A stretch of 63,104 nucleotides of DNA, counting the filler, from Octopus bimaculoides (taxonomy: Eukaryota): assembly GCF_001194135.2 (NCBI RefSeq). It is 5 parts of 4 records of this genome, joined end to end, with 100 filler letters (N's around TTAATTAATTAA, not from the genome) between each part and the next. Parts side by side here need not be neighbours in the genome. Positions count along the whole stretch, not along the records: positions 1 to 17,657 come from NC_068993.1; positions 17,758 to 48,188 come from NC_068993.1; 3 more parts are not named here. One strand, written 5' to 3'. The position numbers were made by a program, and so were the translations under genes. The notes under the pieces are model-generated. The model saw only the letters and a list, made by a program, of their open reading frames with translations, did not search any database and was not told where the DNA came from. Below, in pieces: positions 12,563 to 24,603 of this stretch; positions within the stretch are counted from its first letter, which is position 1; each line of letters opens with the position of its first letter.

Positions 12563-13694
12563 NNNNNNNNNNNNNNNNNNNNNNNNNNNNNNNNNNNNNN
12601 NNNNNNNNNNNNNNNNNNNNNNNNNNNNNNNNNNNNNNNNNNNNNNNNNNNNNNNNNNNNNNNNNNNNNNNNNNNNNNNNNNNNNNNNNNNNNNNNNNNN
12701 NNNNNNNNNNNNNNNNNNNNNNNNNNNNNNNNNNNNNNNNNNNNNNNNNNNNNNNNNNNNNNNNNNNNNNNNNNNNNNNNNNNNNNNNNNNNNNNNNNNN
12801 NNNNNNNNNNNNNNNNNNNNNNNNNNNNNNNNNNNNNNNNNNNNNNNNNNNNNNNNNNNNNNNNNNNNNNNNNNNNNNNNNNNNNNNNNNNNNNNNNNNN
12901 NNNNNNNNNNNNNNNNNNNNNNNNNNNNNNNNNNNNNNNNNNNNNNNNNNNNNNNNNNNNNNNNNNNNNNNNNNNNNNNNNNNNNNNNNNNNNNNNNNNN
13001 NNNNNNNNNNNNNNNNNNNNNNNNNNNNNNNNNNNNNNNNNNNNNNNNNNNNNNNNNNNNNNNNNNNNNNNNNNNNNNNNNNNNNNNNNNNNNNNNNNNN
13101 NNNNNNNNNNNNNNNNNNNNNNNNNNNNNNNNNNNNNNNNNNNNNNNNNNNNNNNNNNNNNNNNNNNNNNNNNNNNNNNNNTCTTCCACACCATCAACCA
13201 TCAGGAATATAAAAATAATGTCACTGTTACCTAATGAATGTCTCTTGCAAAATCGAAATGATTTCACTCTGGCAGCATTTCAATACTAAATTCCTTGTTT
13301 GTTATACAGACTTGTGTGCGTGTGTGTGCATGCGTGCGTCTGTGCATGTGTGTGTGATCTAGGCTTGTTACTTTTGAGTTTCTTTCTCTTGGGATTTTGA
13401 CAATTTCTTCAGCATGAGTTACTTAACTTGTCGTTTGCTGTTTCACCGTTGCATGACTTGGTTACTCTCTCTCTTTTCCCCTCCCTCTCCCTCCTTTCCT
13501 ATCTCTCTCTCTCTCTCTCTCACACACTTGCTCCTTTCGTCGTTCTCCTTCAAAATAAGATTACTCTCACACGTTATCACCGGATAAAAGTAAACTTGTT
13601 TATTGTTGGAAAAAATAAAACTGACAAATAAATAAATCAATAAATAAATAAATAAAAATAACGATCCTTCAAATACACATAGAGAATATAAAAT

Positions 13695-14223
13695 CACGTG
13701 GTTCCGAGTTCGATATCCTGTGTGACATATTGTACGGGTGCCATTTCTATGCTTATATGTGTGTCTTTGTCCCTGTGCCCGTTTGAGTTGTACTCATCTT
13801 GTATCCTCTAACTTAGCAATTCAAGAAAGCGATATTAAAAAAAAGTACCAGACCTGGATAAAGTATTTCTGGGGTCTAAATCATCGACTAAACCCTTGTA
13901 GACGGTGCCCCAACATAGGTGTAGTCTGTGATTGAAACTGGTGAAAGAATAGACTCGTAAATGCATATACATCCACAAGCATACAGTCGTTGTTATACTC
14001 AAGTTTTAGTTCTTTAAAGATTATAGAGAAGCATTCGTGGAAAGATTACGAAACCATCAACGCAGGCGGTGTTGCATTGTTAAGTAGTACGCTTCGCAAT
14101 CTTGTAGCTCGGGTTCAAACCCACTGTGAGACACTTTGGATGAATGTTTTCAACTATAGGTCCAGATCGATGAATGCCTTGTGAAAGAATTCGGTTGGCA
14201 TAAACTGTGCGGAAACCCGCCTC

Positions 14224-14269
<46 letters not shown>

Positions 14270-14430
14270 GGGGTGCATGTATGTGTGTGTGTTTGTGTTT
14301 GTCTCCCGTCGCTTAACATCGGATGTTCGTTTGTTTATGTCCTCGTAACTTTAACAGTTCGGAAGAGAAATGAGATCAATAGAATAAATATTAGACATAT
14401 ATATATATACTGGGGTCGCTTTGATTGACA
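13695..14430 (+). mobile_element. Two degenerate B/D SINE copies (about 13695-13940 and 14070-14430)
   Basis: B-box-like g(a/g)gttc(g/a)a and D-type tail (ctggggtc); the second copy has an internal (GT)n. Confidence 0.6.
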
Positions 14431-15351
14431 TGTGGCGATCATTGCCACATGTTCGTAGTTAATGTGCATATCTCTTTTATGTTCATAAACTTTCTGAACA
14501 TAGTCCTGAATTGTATTGTACAGTTACGAAGTATAAAAATAATATTCATGACATTTTTGTTTTTGCTTTTTCGCTAAAATAAATAAAACTCAGAATTTTA
14601 GCATTTAGTTTATTTATTTATTTTTTGTTTAAAATGGCTGTCATGTGAATGACATATTCTTCTATCAATTATTTCCAAACTAAAATTCCTTCTATATAAA
14701 TTTCATAACCCTCCTATTTTCATTCGGTTTAGCCTATATTAAAAGTACGTGTGTGCATGATGTGTTTACAAATGTGCGCACATAATTCTATGTACGTGTG
14801 TGTTTCTACATATTTGTATATACATGTGTGTGTATATGCGTATCTGTGTATCCCTTGTACAATTGCACGTAAGCTACGTTCGTTATATTTACAACCATTC
14901 CAAACGCCTGGAATTTCGTTATCTGACAATGCATATACACCCATGTACACCCTGAGATAATGTAACGATAGAGTCAAAGTGGGAGTGCTGAAAGTGAAGA
15001 TGTTTAACAGACATGGCAGAGAGGAAGTGGAGACGATGATGTAGCGTACGAATACATGTTAGAATTTGCTGTATCATTTCCTTGTTTTTCTTAGAAATAA
15101 TCATTGGTTTTAACTTTGAATACAGATTATCGTGAGACGAAGTTACTCACAGACACTCGAAATCCCTTTCAGAAGCTTTGGCTAAGGCATTTTTTCTTTT
15201 CTTTTCTTTTCTATTTATTTATTTATTTTCTGTGAGGAATTTTAGACATTTATTTGCTCCGTGCCTGTTATGGTCAAGCTGTCCTGCATATTATCAGATG
15301 ACTTTCTGGATTTCTTTGTATCAAATTCTATGTAGTAAGCCTTCCTTGCTC

Positions 15352-15575
15352 AATCGGCGAATTAGCAGAATCGTTAGAGGATCGAACAGAAATCTTGCAG
15401 TATTTGTTCTGACTCGCTGCAGTCTGAGTTCAAATCTTATCGAAGTCAACTTAGACTTCTATCGTTTCAATATCGATATAGGCAGATTGGCAGAATTGCT
15501 AAGAACGTCGGATAGGATGTCTTGCGGTATTTATTCCGGGTGCTTGCGTTTTGAGTTCAAATCCTGTTATGGCCT
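15352..15575 (+). mobile_element. Two degenerate SINE family A heads
   Basis: cggcgaattagcagaatcgttag...gagttcaaatc and ttggcagaattgctaag...gagttcaaatcc. Confidence 0.65.
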
Positions 15576-17701
15576 ATCAGGATAGTAGATTTAATCCATT
15601 TCCCGGTTTATTACCACCACCTGACACATTGAGTGCCTTTAGCGGAGTTCCGTCTGTTGTAAGCATTCTGGCCAAACTTCCAGTTAGACGATGTCCCCCT
15701 CCTGTCCACTAGACTTGGACGCCCTTCAACGAATCATGCCTTTTATCCGGACTAAAAAGAAAAATAAATAAATAAATTAATTAATTAAAAGTTGAAGACT
15801 AACATATTTCAAAAATGCCAACCTAAAGTTGTTTGGGACCTGGTCAGCAGTTTTTATCAAGGTAACCTATGATTAAAGAAATACTTTTTGAGGACCATCT
15901 CGCCAGAAATCGTATATTTAGAACTACGTAATATTTTCTCTTGTGTAAGGTAGAAGGTTATGTTTGAGGGAAATTTTTTTGCTATTTCCTACAGTTAAAC
16001 AACCGTGTAAGGGCTGCATCGTTCGTTAATTCATTACACCAATCCCATAAAATATATGTATCCACACACACATACACATTTATATAATTAACATTAACAT
16101 TTGTAAGAAATGCTAAACTATCTAACAGAAAAACGGAAATATTAGTAATTGATTAATACCATTTTTTTTTCTTACTGTATGATTTATATATAATTAACTT
16201 TTTAATGTTCCCTGCTACCACTCTATGTACAGCCCTTGTGGCTAATTCAATGAAATAAAGTATTTTAACTTTAGGCTAAACAACGCGGGAAAACAGCCTT
16301 GAAATTTCTCTCACGCTTTCTTCATTATCTATAATTTTCTGGGATGGGAAAAAGTCGAATTTAAAAAACGATGTTTTTTTGTATTTCTCTAGTTTAAAAC
16401 GGGTCCTTAGATTGCTCATACCTAATGTATCGATCTTCGCACGCTTACCAAATCTAAAACGAAATCAGAATCATTACAGATTTACAAAAGCAAAGTTACG
16501 TAAAAAAAAAAAACAACTTTTTATGGTGAGATTTAAACTCGAGATGCGGAAAGACTTTTCTTTTTAACTAAGGTTTGAAATTTAGGGCTCTTTGTGAAAA
16601 TTCAATATCGCGAATAATTAAAATCTATTCAACAAGTCTATATCGAATGTTTTTAAAAATCATCCCCCCCCCCCCAGTTTTGAAATTTGGGATATTCCTG
16701 AACGAAATATTAAATGAAAAACTAATAAAATAAGTAACCATTGTGTCTCTATATAACATAGTATGAGTCTTTTTGTAAGGTGTGTGTGTATGAAAGGGGC
16801 AGTTTTTCTTGTATTTGTCATCATTTCGTGTGTTAATTCTGCACAGGTGTAATTTATATCTCTTACAATATAATGCGTACAGCATTAATATATTTCTTTC
16901 ATTAGACAGTATACACACATTCATATAAATACTTTTGAACGTATGCATACATACACACATACATACGTACGTATCTATGTATAGTAGAATATGAATATAA
17001 AGATGCATATATATATATATACATATATATGTGTGCATGAACATATACATATTTATACACATATACACGCGTATACAAATCGATATTCCCACAGCTATTA
17101 CAGTGCCGTTTACATTTGGTTGATGGACTGGCTGAAGTGATATTTATTTGTTTATTAGACAGAGTAGTGTTTGCGTGTGTACACATTCACACACATACGT
17201 ACGTACGTATGTATGTATATATATATGTGTCTGTGTGTATATATTCAAATGGTGATTTGTAAGTCAAAGACAAACGTATGCGTGGAGGAAAATTACGGAG
17301 TGGCGCCACACACACAATTACGTCGATAAATATTAAATTATTCTTCTGCTATTGTACAATTGGTGATCGATAAAGTCTGTTGTTTATTTGGATTATGATT
17401 CCACTTCGCAACATTTACTTCATTTTTGTTTTTCGTTTTTTTTTTGTTCTTCTTTTTGTTTTGGTTGCTGTTGTTGTATACGAGTATGTTCTTGTTTATT
17501 TTCAGCTTTTTGTTTTCTTTTTCGAGCTCATTCGTTAAATATTGATAGACTACTTATATCCTCATATACAAAAATATATACATATATACGTACATACATA
17601 TATCTACACATGCATACATACACACACGCACGCATATATATATATATATATTATATANNNNNNNNNNNNNNNNNNNNNNNNNNNNNNNNNNNNNNNNNNN
17701 N

Positions 17702-17713
17702 TTAATTAATTAA
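17702..17713. other. Assembly spacer TTAATTAATTAA inside an N gap (also 48233-48244, 59556-59567, 60904-60915)
   Basis: The identical 12-mer, which has stops in all six frames, sits within ~100-N gaps four times. Confidence 0.9.
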
Positions 17714-17899
17714 NNNNNNNNNNNNNNNNNNNNNNNNNNNNNNNNNNNNNNNNNNNNTGTGTGTGTGTGTGTGTGTGCAGGCATATATGTATATATGTTG
17801 GAAAAAAGATTTAAGACTTGATGGGAAGTATTTTTCAGAATGATGCTCACACTTTACATGCATTTAGTTTATTTTACATGGTAGAGTATTGTGATGGTC

Positions 17900-18810
17900 G
17901 ATCTGCTTCGTATTTCGCTAATCATTGATATTATGGCAATTTCGAATTTTCTTAAGAAGTTTTTATTTCATGCTTTTGTATGTTTGTAAATGAATCAGCA
18001 TGCAGCATGGTTGGAGATTCCCTGCACATCATTCTCTGTGTTCACTCAAAAGTATCTGTCTAAAACCTTGGGTAGCGGATCTGTTCCTTGTGCAGTGTAG
18101 TTAGTCTGAGTTATGTACCTGTTTAGCCTATATAATTGTGTCAACAACCTGAACAAGTTATAACATAAATTAGATTCTTGGATGCACGAATAAAATTGGT
18201 CTTAACTGTGAATCTCCCTCCTTGTTTGAATTGCAAGCCGGAACCTTTCACTTTATTTGGGGCTTTTCCACAATTTGGATGTCTGCATTTTTTACCTATT
18301 GGTTAGTTGTTGCTGTAGATAGCTTTGCATTTGTCGGTAGTCTTTTCAGGGATTGGGGTTGTCTTTTACATTTGATGAATTCATGTGTTTTAAGAATGTG
18401 AGTCAGTTTTAGGTCCCTAGTGAATATTGGAAGATTTTGAACAACGGTGTTGTATGCCTCACTGTTTCTAGGTTTATGAGTCGATATATAGGGTAGTATT
18501 CTTAGATGAGGTATATGGTTTCGTTTGGTTTTCATTAGTGTTTTAATGCCTGTTTTCTTGGCACGTTTAAGATCATTCTCCAATCATCTATAAGTGGCTA
18601 GTTTTTTTCTGAAGACGGAAGTCCCGAGTATTTGCATCAGACACTGTTGTGCAAATCCTTTCCGCTAAATAAAAAGGAATATTTCTTTTGATGTGATCGG
18701 GTGGCATGAACTAAACAGAAAATATTGCTTCGAGTCCGAGTTATGATAAATGTCGGTTATAACAATTACAATTACCAGCTGCCTTCCCTTAGAAATTTCT
18801 ACTTGCTGAT
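17900..18810 (-). mobile_element. 5'-truncated Penelope-like element: RT C-terminus, linker and GIY-YIG endonuclease (pseudogenised)
   Basis: Minus-strand translation gives ITDIYHNSDSKQY and SCHPDHIKRNIP (RT end), LPYISTHKPRN...KRQPQSLKRL (ORF 18296-18583), then CRHPNCG and SKNLIYVITCSGC*HNYIG*TG (GIY-YIG), with stops and frameshifts. Confidence 0.88.
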
Positions 18811-20029
18811 ACATTATAAACACTCATACAAGAACATGGGACTAAAAACGTCTTCAAAAAATACGAAATTCTATTAATTTAAATGTCATGATTAGCGAAA
18901 TGCAAAGTCGGTCGACTATCACAATACACTACCATTTTAAATATATTAAAACCAGGCATTCTCCGTCAGTACTTACTCTGGGTGTGCAGTTTGTGACATT
19001 TATGAAGTAAAAAACAGAAAAACTATGCGAAACACAGACGCACGACTGAGCTGAAGGCAGATTTATTTCTGTCTTTATAGCACATAAAGAAAACGGTGTT
19101 GTAGAAATGAACACAGCACGTGTACTACAGAAGTACTATAAGTAGCTTGAATACTGAGATTAAAAAGCGGGGGTGAATTATGCCTAGCTAATCTACAAAA
19201 AAAAAATAAAACATTTTGAATTTTATGTATAGTAATCAGACTAACCTGCATTGTTTTATTGAATTAGGTGCATGTTTTCCCAGGGGAGGATAATATTGTT
19301 ATCGATCTATTTTATTCAATGTAGACACTGCGTACATTGCCTACCGAGGCGGCACGTCCCTGATTAAAACTATGTAAACTGTGTGCCTTTCTCTTCTTTC
19401 TTATATATTTTTGCATTTCAAGTGACAACATGGGGATAATAGCCTCAACGGAATTCTTTCTTTTTATATATACATACATACATGCATGCCTATATATATA
19501 TATATATATATNNNNNNNNNNNNNNNNNNNNNNNNNNNNNNNNNNNNNNNNNNNNNNNNNNNNNNNNNNNNNNNNNNNNNNNNNNNNNNNNNNNNNNNNN
19601 NNNNNNNNNNNNNNNNNNNNNNNNNNNNNNNNNNNNNNNNNNNNNNNNNNNNNNNNNNNNNNNNNNNNNNNNNNNNNNNNNNNNNNNNNNNNNNNNNNNN
19701 NNNNNNNNNNNNNNNNNNNNNNNNNNNNNNNNNNNNNNNNNNNNNNNNNNNNNNNNNNNNNNNNNNNNNNNNNNNNNNNNNNNNNNNNNNNNNNNGTGTG
19801 TGTGTGTGTGTGTGTGTGTGCGTGTGTGCGTGTGTGTTTGTGTGTGCATATATATTTGTGTGTGTCCGTGTGTTTGTACGTATGTATGTATATGAAGTAC
19901 CTTTACAATTTGAAAAATTCAGAGAAAAATGAAGATAAGGATAACTCAGCAGAGTTTACTGGAAAATATAGGCAAGCAAAATACAGCTTTATAAGTAAAA
20001 TCAGAATACTTTAATAATCCTTTCTGCTA

Positions 20030-20212
20030 TACTCACAAGGCTTGAAATTATGGGGGAGAGTTTGAGTCGATTACATCGACCCCAGTACTCCGAAAGGATG
20101 AAAGGCAACGTCGACCTCGACGGAGTTTGAACTCGGGACGTAGCGACGGGTGAAATACCGTTAAGCATTTCATCTGCCATGCTAACGATTCTGCTAGCTC
20201 ACCACCTTTGGA
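20030..20212 (-). mobile_element. SINE family A
   Basis: gtcgattacatcgaccccagt...gatgaaaggcaacgtcgacctcg...tttgaactc...gctaacgattctgc is the reverse complement of the A consensus. Confidence 0.8.
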
Positions 20213-20354
20213 ATGCTTTAATAATATTGATTTAAGATGCAAAAAAATTGATTGATGGATCTCATCTTTAATAGAAACAATAAATTGTTGGAGCTGCAAG
20301 ATAATTTATGAACACCTTGTAATTGTATGTATATGTAGATGTATATGTAGGTAT

Positions 20355-20570
20355 TCACCATGATTGATCGCTGGCCATTAAACCTTTTTATTTTCTTATT
20401 TTCTCTCTGTATTTCTGTGTTCCTTTCCGTTGAAGAGCGTAGGCTCGAAACTTAAAAGATTTCTCACCTCCCGAGCGTTAAACTAATACATCTGTTTGTT
20501 GTTTACACACCTGTCTTCGTCGTTTGTTTGGTTTGTTTTTTTTCTGTAAATTCCAACTATATGTAGGTAT
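20355..20570 (+). mobile_element. Non-coding Penelope-type (pLTR-like) repeat
   Basis: gttgaagagcgtaggctcgaaac...cccgagcgt...ctaatacatc...gttgtttacac.cctgtcttcgtc is homologous to the minus-strand copies at 31722 and 32085. Confidence 0.65.
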
Positions 20571-20585
20571 ATATAAGCAATAATG

Positions 20586-21227
20586 AATCTCTGAGCAAGA
20601 TATAAACAGTAGCAGCACGACATCGTGAAGTATATTTGCCACCTAAATGCGGCTGACTCATAAAGGACGCTGCTACTCTAGTTTATAGCCACAAGAAGAC
20701 ATCTCCTCCTGCAGCTGGCTATTGACACACTGTCTGTGCCCTATCAGTATTTGCAAAGGAAAATCATCGTTCCCATCTTCAGCCTGACGTGATACACACG
20801 GACCCGAGTTTCTGAGCAATAACCCGTCATCAGCGTGTGACAACCACCGGCTGGGGATGAGAAGTGATTTTTCAATGCAAATGCATATACTTTTTCCAGT
20901 GACCAAAAGTTACTGAACTCGAAAAAGGAGAAACAAGGAAAAGAAATCTCTGAGCGAGATATAAACAATAGCAGCACGACATCGTGAAGTATATTTGCCA
21001 CCTAAATATGGTTGACCCATACAGAATGATGTTACTGTAGTTTATAGCCCCAGGAAGACATCTCTTCCAGCTGGCTATTGACACACGATTTCCCTTTGCA
21101 AATACCGACAGGGCACAGCCAGTGTGTCAAAAGTCAGCTGGAGGAGATGGCTTCCTGGGGCTATAAACTACAGCGGCATCGCCCCTTATGGATAAGCCAC
21201 ATTTAGGTGGAAAATATACTTCACGAT
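20586..21227. repeat. Three copies of a 140-180-bp interspersed repeat: two direct (20586-20765, 20945-21086), one inverted (21087-21227)
   Basis: Shared atcgtgaagtatattt.ccacctaaat...gtttatagcc...cagctg...ttgacacac. Copy 3 is the reverse complement and abuts copy 2. Confidence 0.85.
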
Positions 21228-21299
21228 AGGTCTACATAGTTATATCTGTAAAGGTGTATATGTATATTACTCCTGGGTATGAATATGAAAAACTGCACC

Positions 21300-22227
21300 C
21301 CTCTTCCAAGCCATGTCGAGTCAGTGTAGCAGAGTAGGCTCGTCAAATCTGTATGATCTCAATCTCAAATTCACGGCCTCCAGTCCCCGGCAGCAATAAT
21401 CTCAGGCTACGCTGGCGGTATGGGCAATGATAGAGCAGAGCAAATGACCTGCTCTCACCCAGAATCTCTGATTCGGAACAGGCCACTTTCAGAACCTAAT
21501 CATATCAACATATAACGTATTTAGTCTAATGGATGACACTCGAATCTCGGACGTGGAATATGATTTAGATAACATAAATTGGAATATCGTTGATCTCAGA
21601 GAAATGAAAAGATAGAGAGTACAAACTCATTGTACAATGTAATGATGAAGAGATGAAAATATTTTACAGGCAGTTTGAGTGCTATCATAGACAAGATACC
21701 ATACCCTAGTAACAGGTGATTTTAACAGAAAAGTTAGCATTAAGATTAATAAAAGTGAAAATGTTACAGGAAAATACGGATGTGAGATAAGGAACGAAAA
21801 AGGAAAAGGAATAATTGACTTTGTAAATCACAAAAACAGAATAGAAAATATCTTTTTTCTAAAATAAGTGCCAGAAAATGGACATAGAAAAGTTCTAGAA
21901 ACAGAATGAAAAATGAAATTGATTTTATACTATGAAATAACTCTTTGAGTTACTTGACTTATATGATTCAGGACGAGACGGCGACCATCAAAGCGAACAT
22001 TGGCAGTGACCATAGACTTGTCAAATGCAGAATACAAACAAACACGCATAAAGAAAGGAACAAGAAACTGAGGAAGTCACAAAAACTTTGCATGGAAGAC
22101 CTCATACCAAACGTCTCAGAATTCCGGAGTTTGAAGTTTGAAAAATAAATTCGATATAGTTCGGGACAAGATAGACAGTAGCAATACCGAGGAGATAACA
22201 TATTACTGAGACAATAAAATACAGCTC

Positions 22228-22275
<48 letters not shown>

Positions 22276-23880
22276 ATATATAACCCAGAGACATTAGCAA
22301 TTTCATGAATATTCGAATAACATTGAAACAAGACTCATATACACGAGGCATTGAATATACTGAATTATGTAAAGCAATAAGAAAAGCACTTAGAGAAACA
22401 AAAATGTAAGATGAATATGGAGACGGTCGAGGAACCAATTGAAAAGAAAAAAAGCATAAAAAATCTAAGCGAAAGATGACACTGGGAAAACCTATATCAA
22501 TCAAACCTATATCAATCAAGCAAAGAAGTAAATTCAAAATAAATGGTCATTTTGGCTGCAGAATTGAAAAAAAAAATGTTATAAAGTTATAAAGGAAATG
22601 AAAACAATAAAACTGCAGGTCCAGGTTGGATTGAAACAGACATATTAAAAGTGGTTGGACCAACACAGATAAAGAAGTACCTAAACTACATACAAAATGC
22701 CCACGTGAGCATAAGATACCGGATATGTGGAAAAATTCCGAACTGATCCTTCTTTATGAAAAAAAGGATACTAAAAATCTAAAGACCAATCAGCCAACTA
22801 CCACACATTTACAATATCTCAAAATTCATTAAGACAAAAATTGAGTAACGCTAAGTCTACAGCAGAAGAGGCAGTGTTTCGGAAAAAGTAAAGCACAATA
22901 ATCCACATACATGCTATGAACTAGCTGAGGGGAAAAGGCCAAACTTATAACATACCATTATACTTAATTTGTAGTTTTTGAAAAAGGTTTTTATTCCGTT
23001 GATGTCGATAATATACTAATTGCACTAGAGAAAAAAAGGAATCGGAGATTATGTAAAATATTTGAAAATGTGTACATCAACTGTAGAACTACAGCAACTG
23101 TAAACAACAAAATAATTTATATCAAAGTTGGTTAAGGAGTCAGAAAATAAGACACCATATCACCTCAATTATTCACATCTGTATTAGAAAAGCTTTTTAC
23201 AAACTTACATGGCTAGATAAAAGAATACATATAAACGGGTGCATGCTAAATCACAAATTCACTGATGATATTGAACTCATTTCTCTAAAAAGAGAAATTA
23301 AAATTAGTATTAGCTAGGCGAAAATAATTCACAACTATCTAGCCACAGCTAGAAATGTAGTAATGGATGATGAAATAGTTGAGCATATGAACCGATACAC
23401 CTATCTTGGAAAAATAATCTGTTTAAAGGGTAAAAAATCAGGCGAAAGAATTTGAACAACGAACACATTTAGGATGGAAATCCTTTGATAAATTGAATAA
23501 CATCATGAGCAATAACTTGCGAATGCGTCTAAAAAGAAAGTCCTTCAACCAGTGTGTACTGCCTACCATTACATATACAAAAAAATCATGGACCACCAAG
23601 TACAGCATTGAAATTAAATTAAGATCAACATAAATAGCCATGGAATGGAGAATGCTGAAGATGAACAAACTGAATGAGTAGCGAAATAACAGGATGAAAG
23701 TGGAAACAGATTTTACGGATATTACGTGGGAAATAAAATCTCTGAAATGGTCTTTCGCAGGCCGTGCATTTAGCAGAAAGTATAATTGACAGAGTGGATA
23801 GCACGTCCAGAAAAAACGGAGGAGGGGAAGACCGTGCAGAGGTTGGAATGGAGACCTTATTAATGATGATCCATCATCAT
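21300..23880 (+). mobile_element. Nearly full-length but decayed RTE-clade LINE (AP endonuclease plus RT)
   Basis: APE motifs LIISTYNV (about 21495), LVTGDFN, KNEIDFIL and NIGSDHRLV. RT motifs KTAGP, IPDMWKNS, GVR...ISP.LFT, FTDDI, YLG, LGWKSFDKL, LKRKSFNQCVLPT, LKWSFAG and RRRGRP..RW. Ends near a short GAT tract, with a (TA)n insertion at 22234-22280. Confidence 0.9.
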
Positions 23881-24211
23881 TACTATTAAAAAAATAAGTG
23901 GTAAAATGACAATGACGAAGCTTTCTTGACAGATACGAAAACCATCTAGTGTACATTGATGTTATCTTACATGGTGTGTGAATACTGTTAGACAGCAATA
24001 TAGCGTTCATTGGAGCATTCATTTGCATTATGTCTCCCTAGTCGTATTACCTGGGCACAGCGTGTGTGTGGGCTAACCATGTAATGCAATGTTCATGTTG
24101 ATAGGTATACACTGAGAAGGGAAAGAGGAAGAAGAGAAAAAAAAGATGAAAAAAGAGAAATGCTTTGTCATGAAATTTCAATATGTTGACTACATAAAAT
24201 TGAGAAGAAAA

Positions 24212-24324
<113 letters not shown>

Positions 24325-24554
24325 ACTATCTATCTATCTATCCTTTCCCTATCCTTTACATTTTTCCACTTTCTTGTTTGTCCTGAACCCCGCCCTCTCT
24401 GTCTATTCACACACCTCTTTGATTTTATTTTTCTCTTCCCACCTTAAAAAAAACAAAAATATCTTTGTCATTATGAATTTGTTTTGACGAGTTCGATAAA
24501 CACACAAAGAATTATCCAAAATTCTGACTACCTCCTTTTTCTCAATATACTTAC

Positions 24555-24585
<31 letters not shown>

Positions 24586-24603
24586 NNNNNNNNNNATATA
24601 TAT

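Noticed and set aside
16330-16640. Possible DNA-transposon subterminal sequence
   Set aside because: No TIR pair or coding motif could be identified.
17702-17713. Recurrent palindromic TTAATTAATTAA
   Set aside because: Always embedded in N gaps; an assembly linker, not a biological motif.
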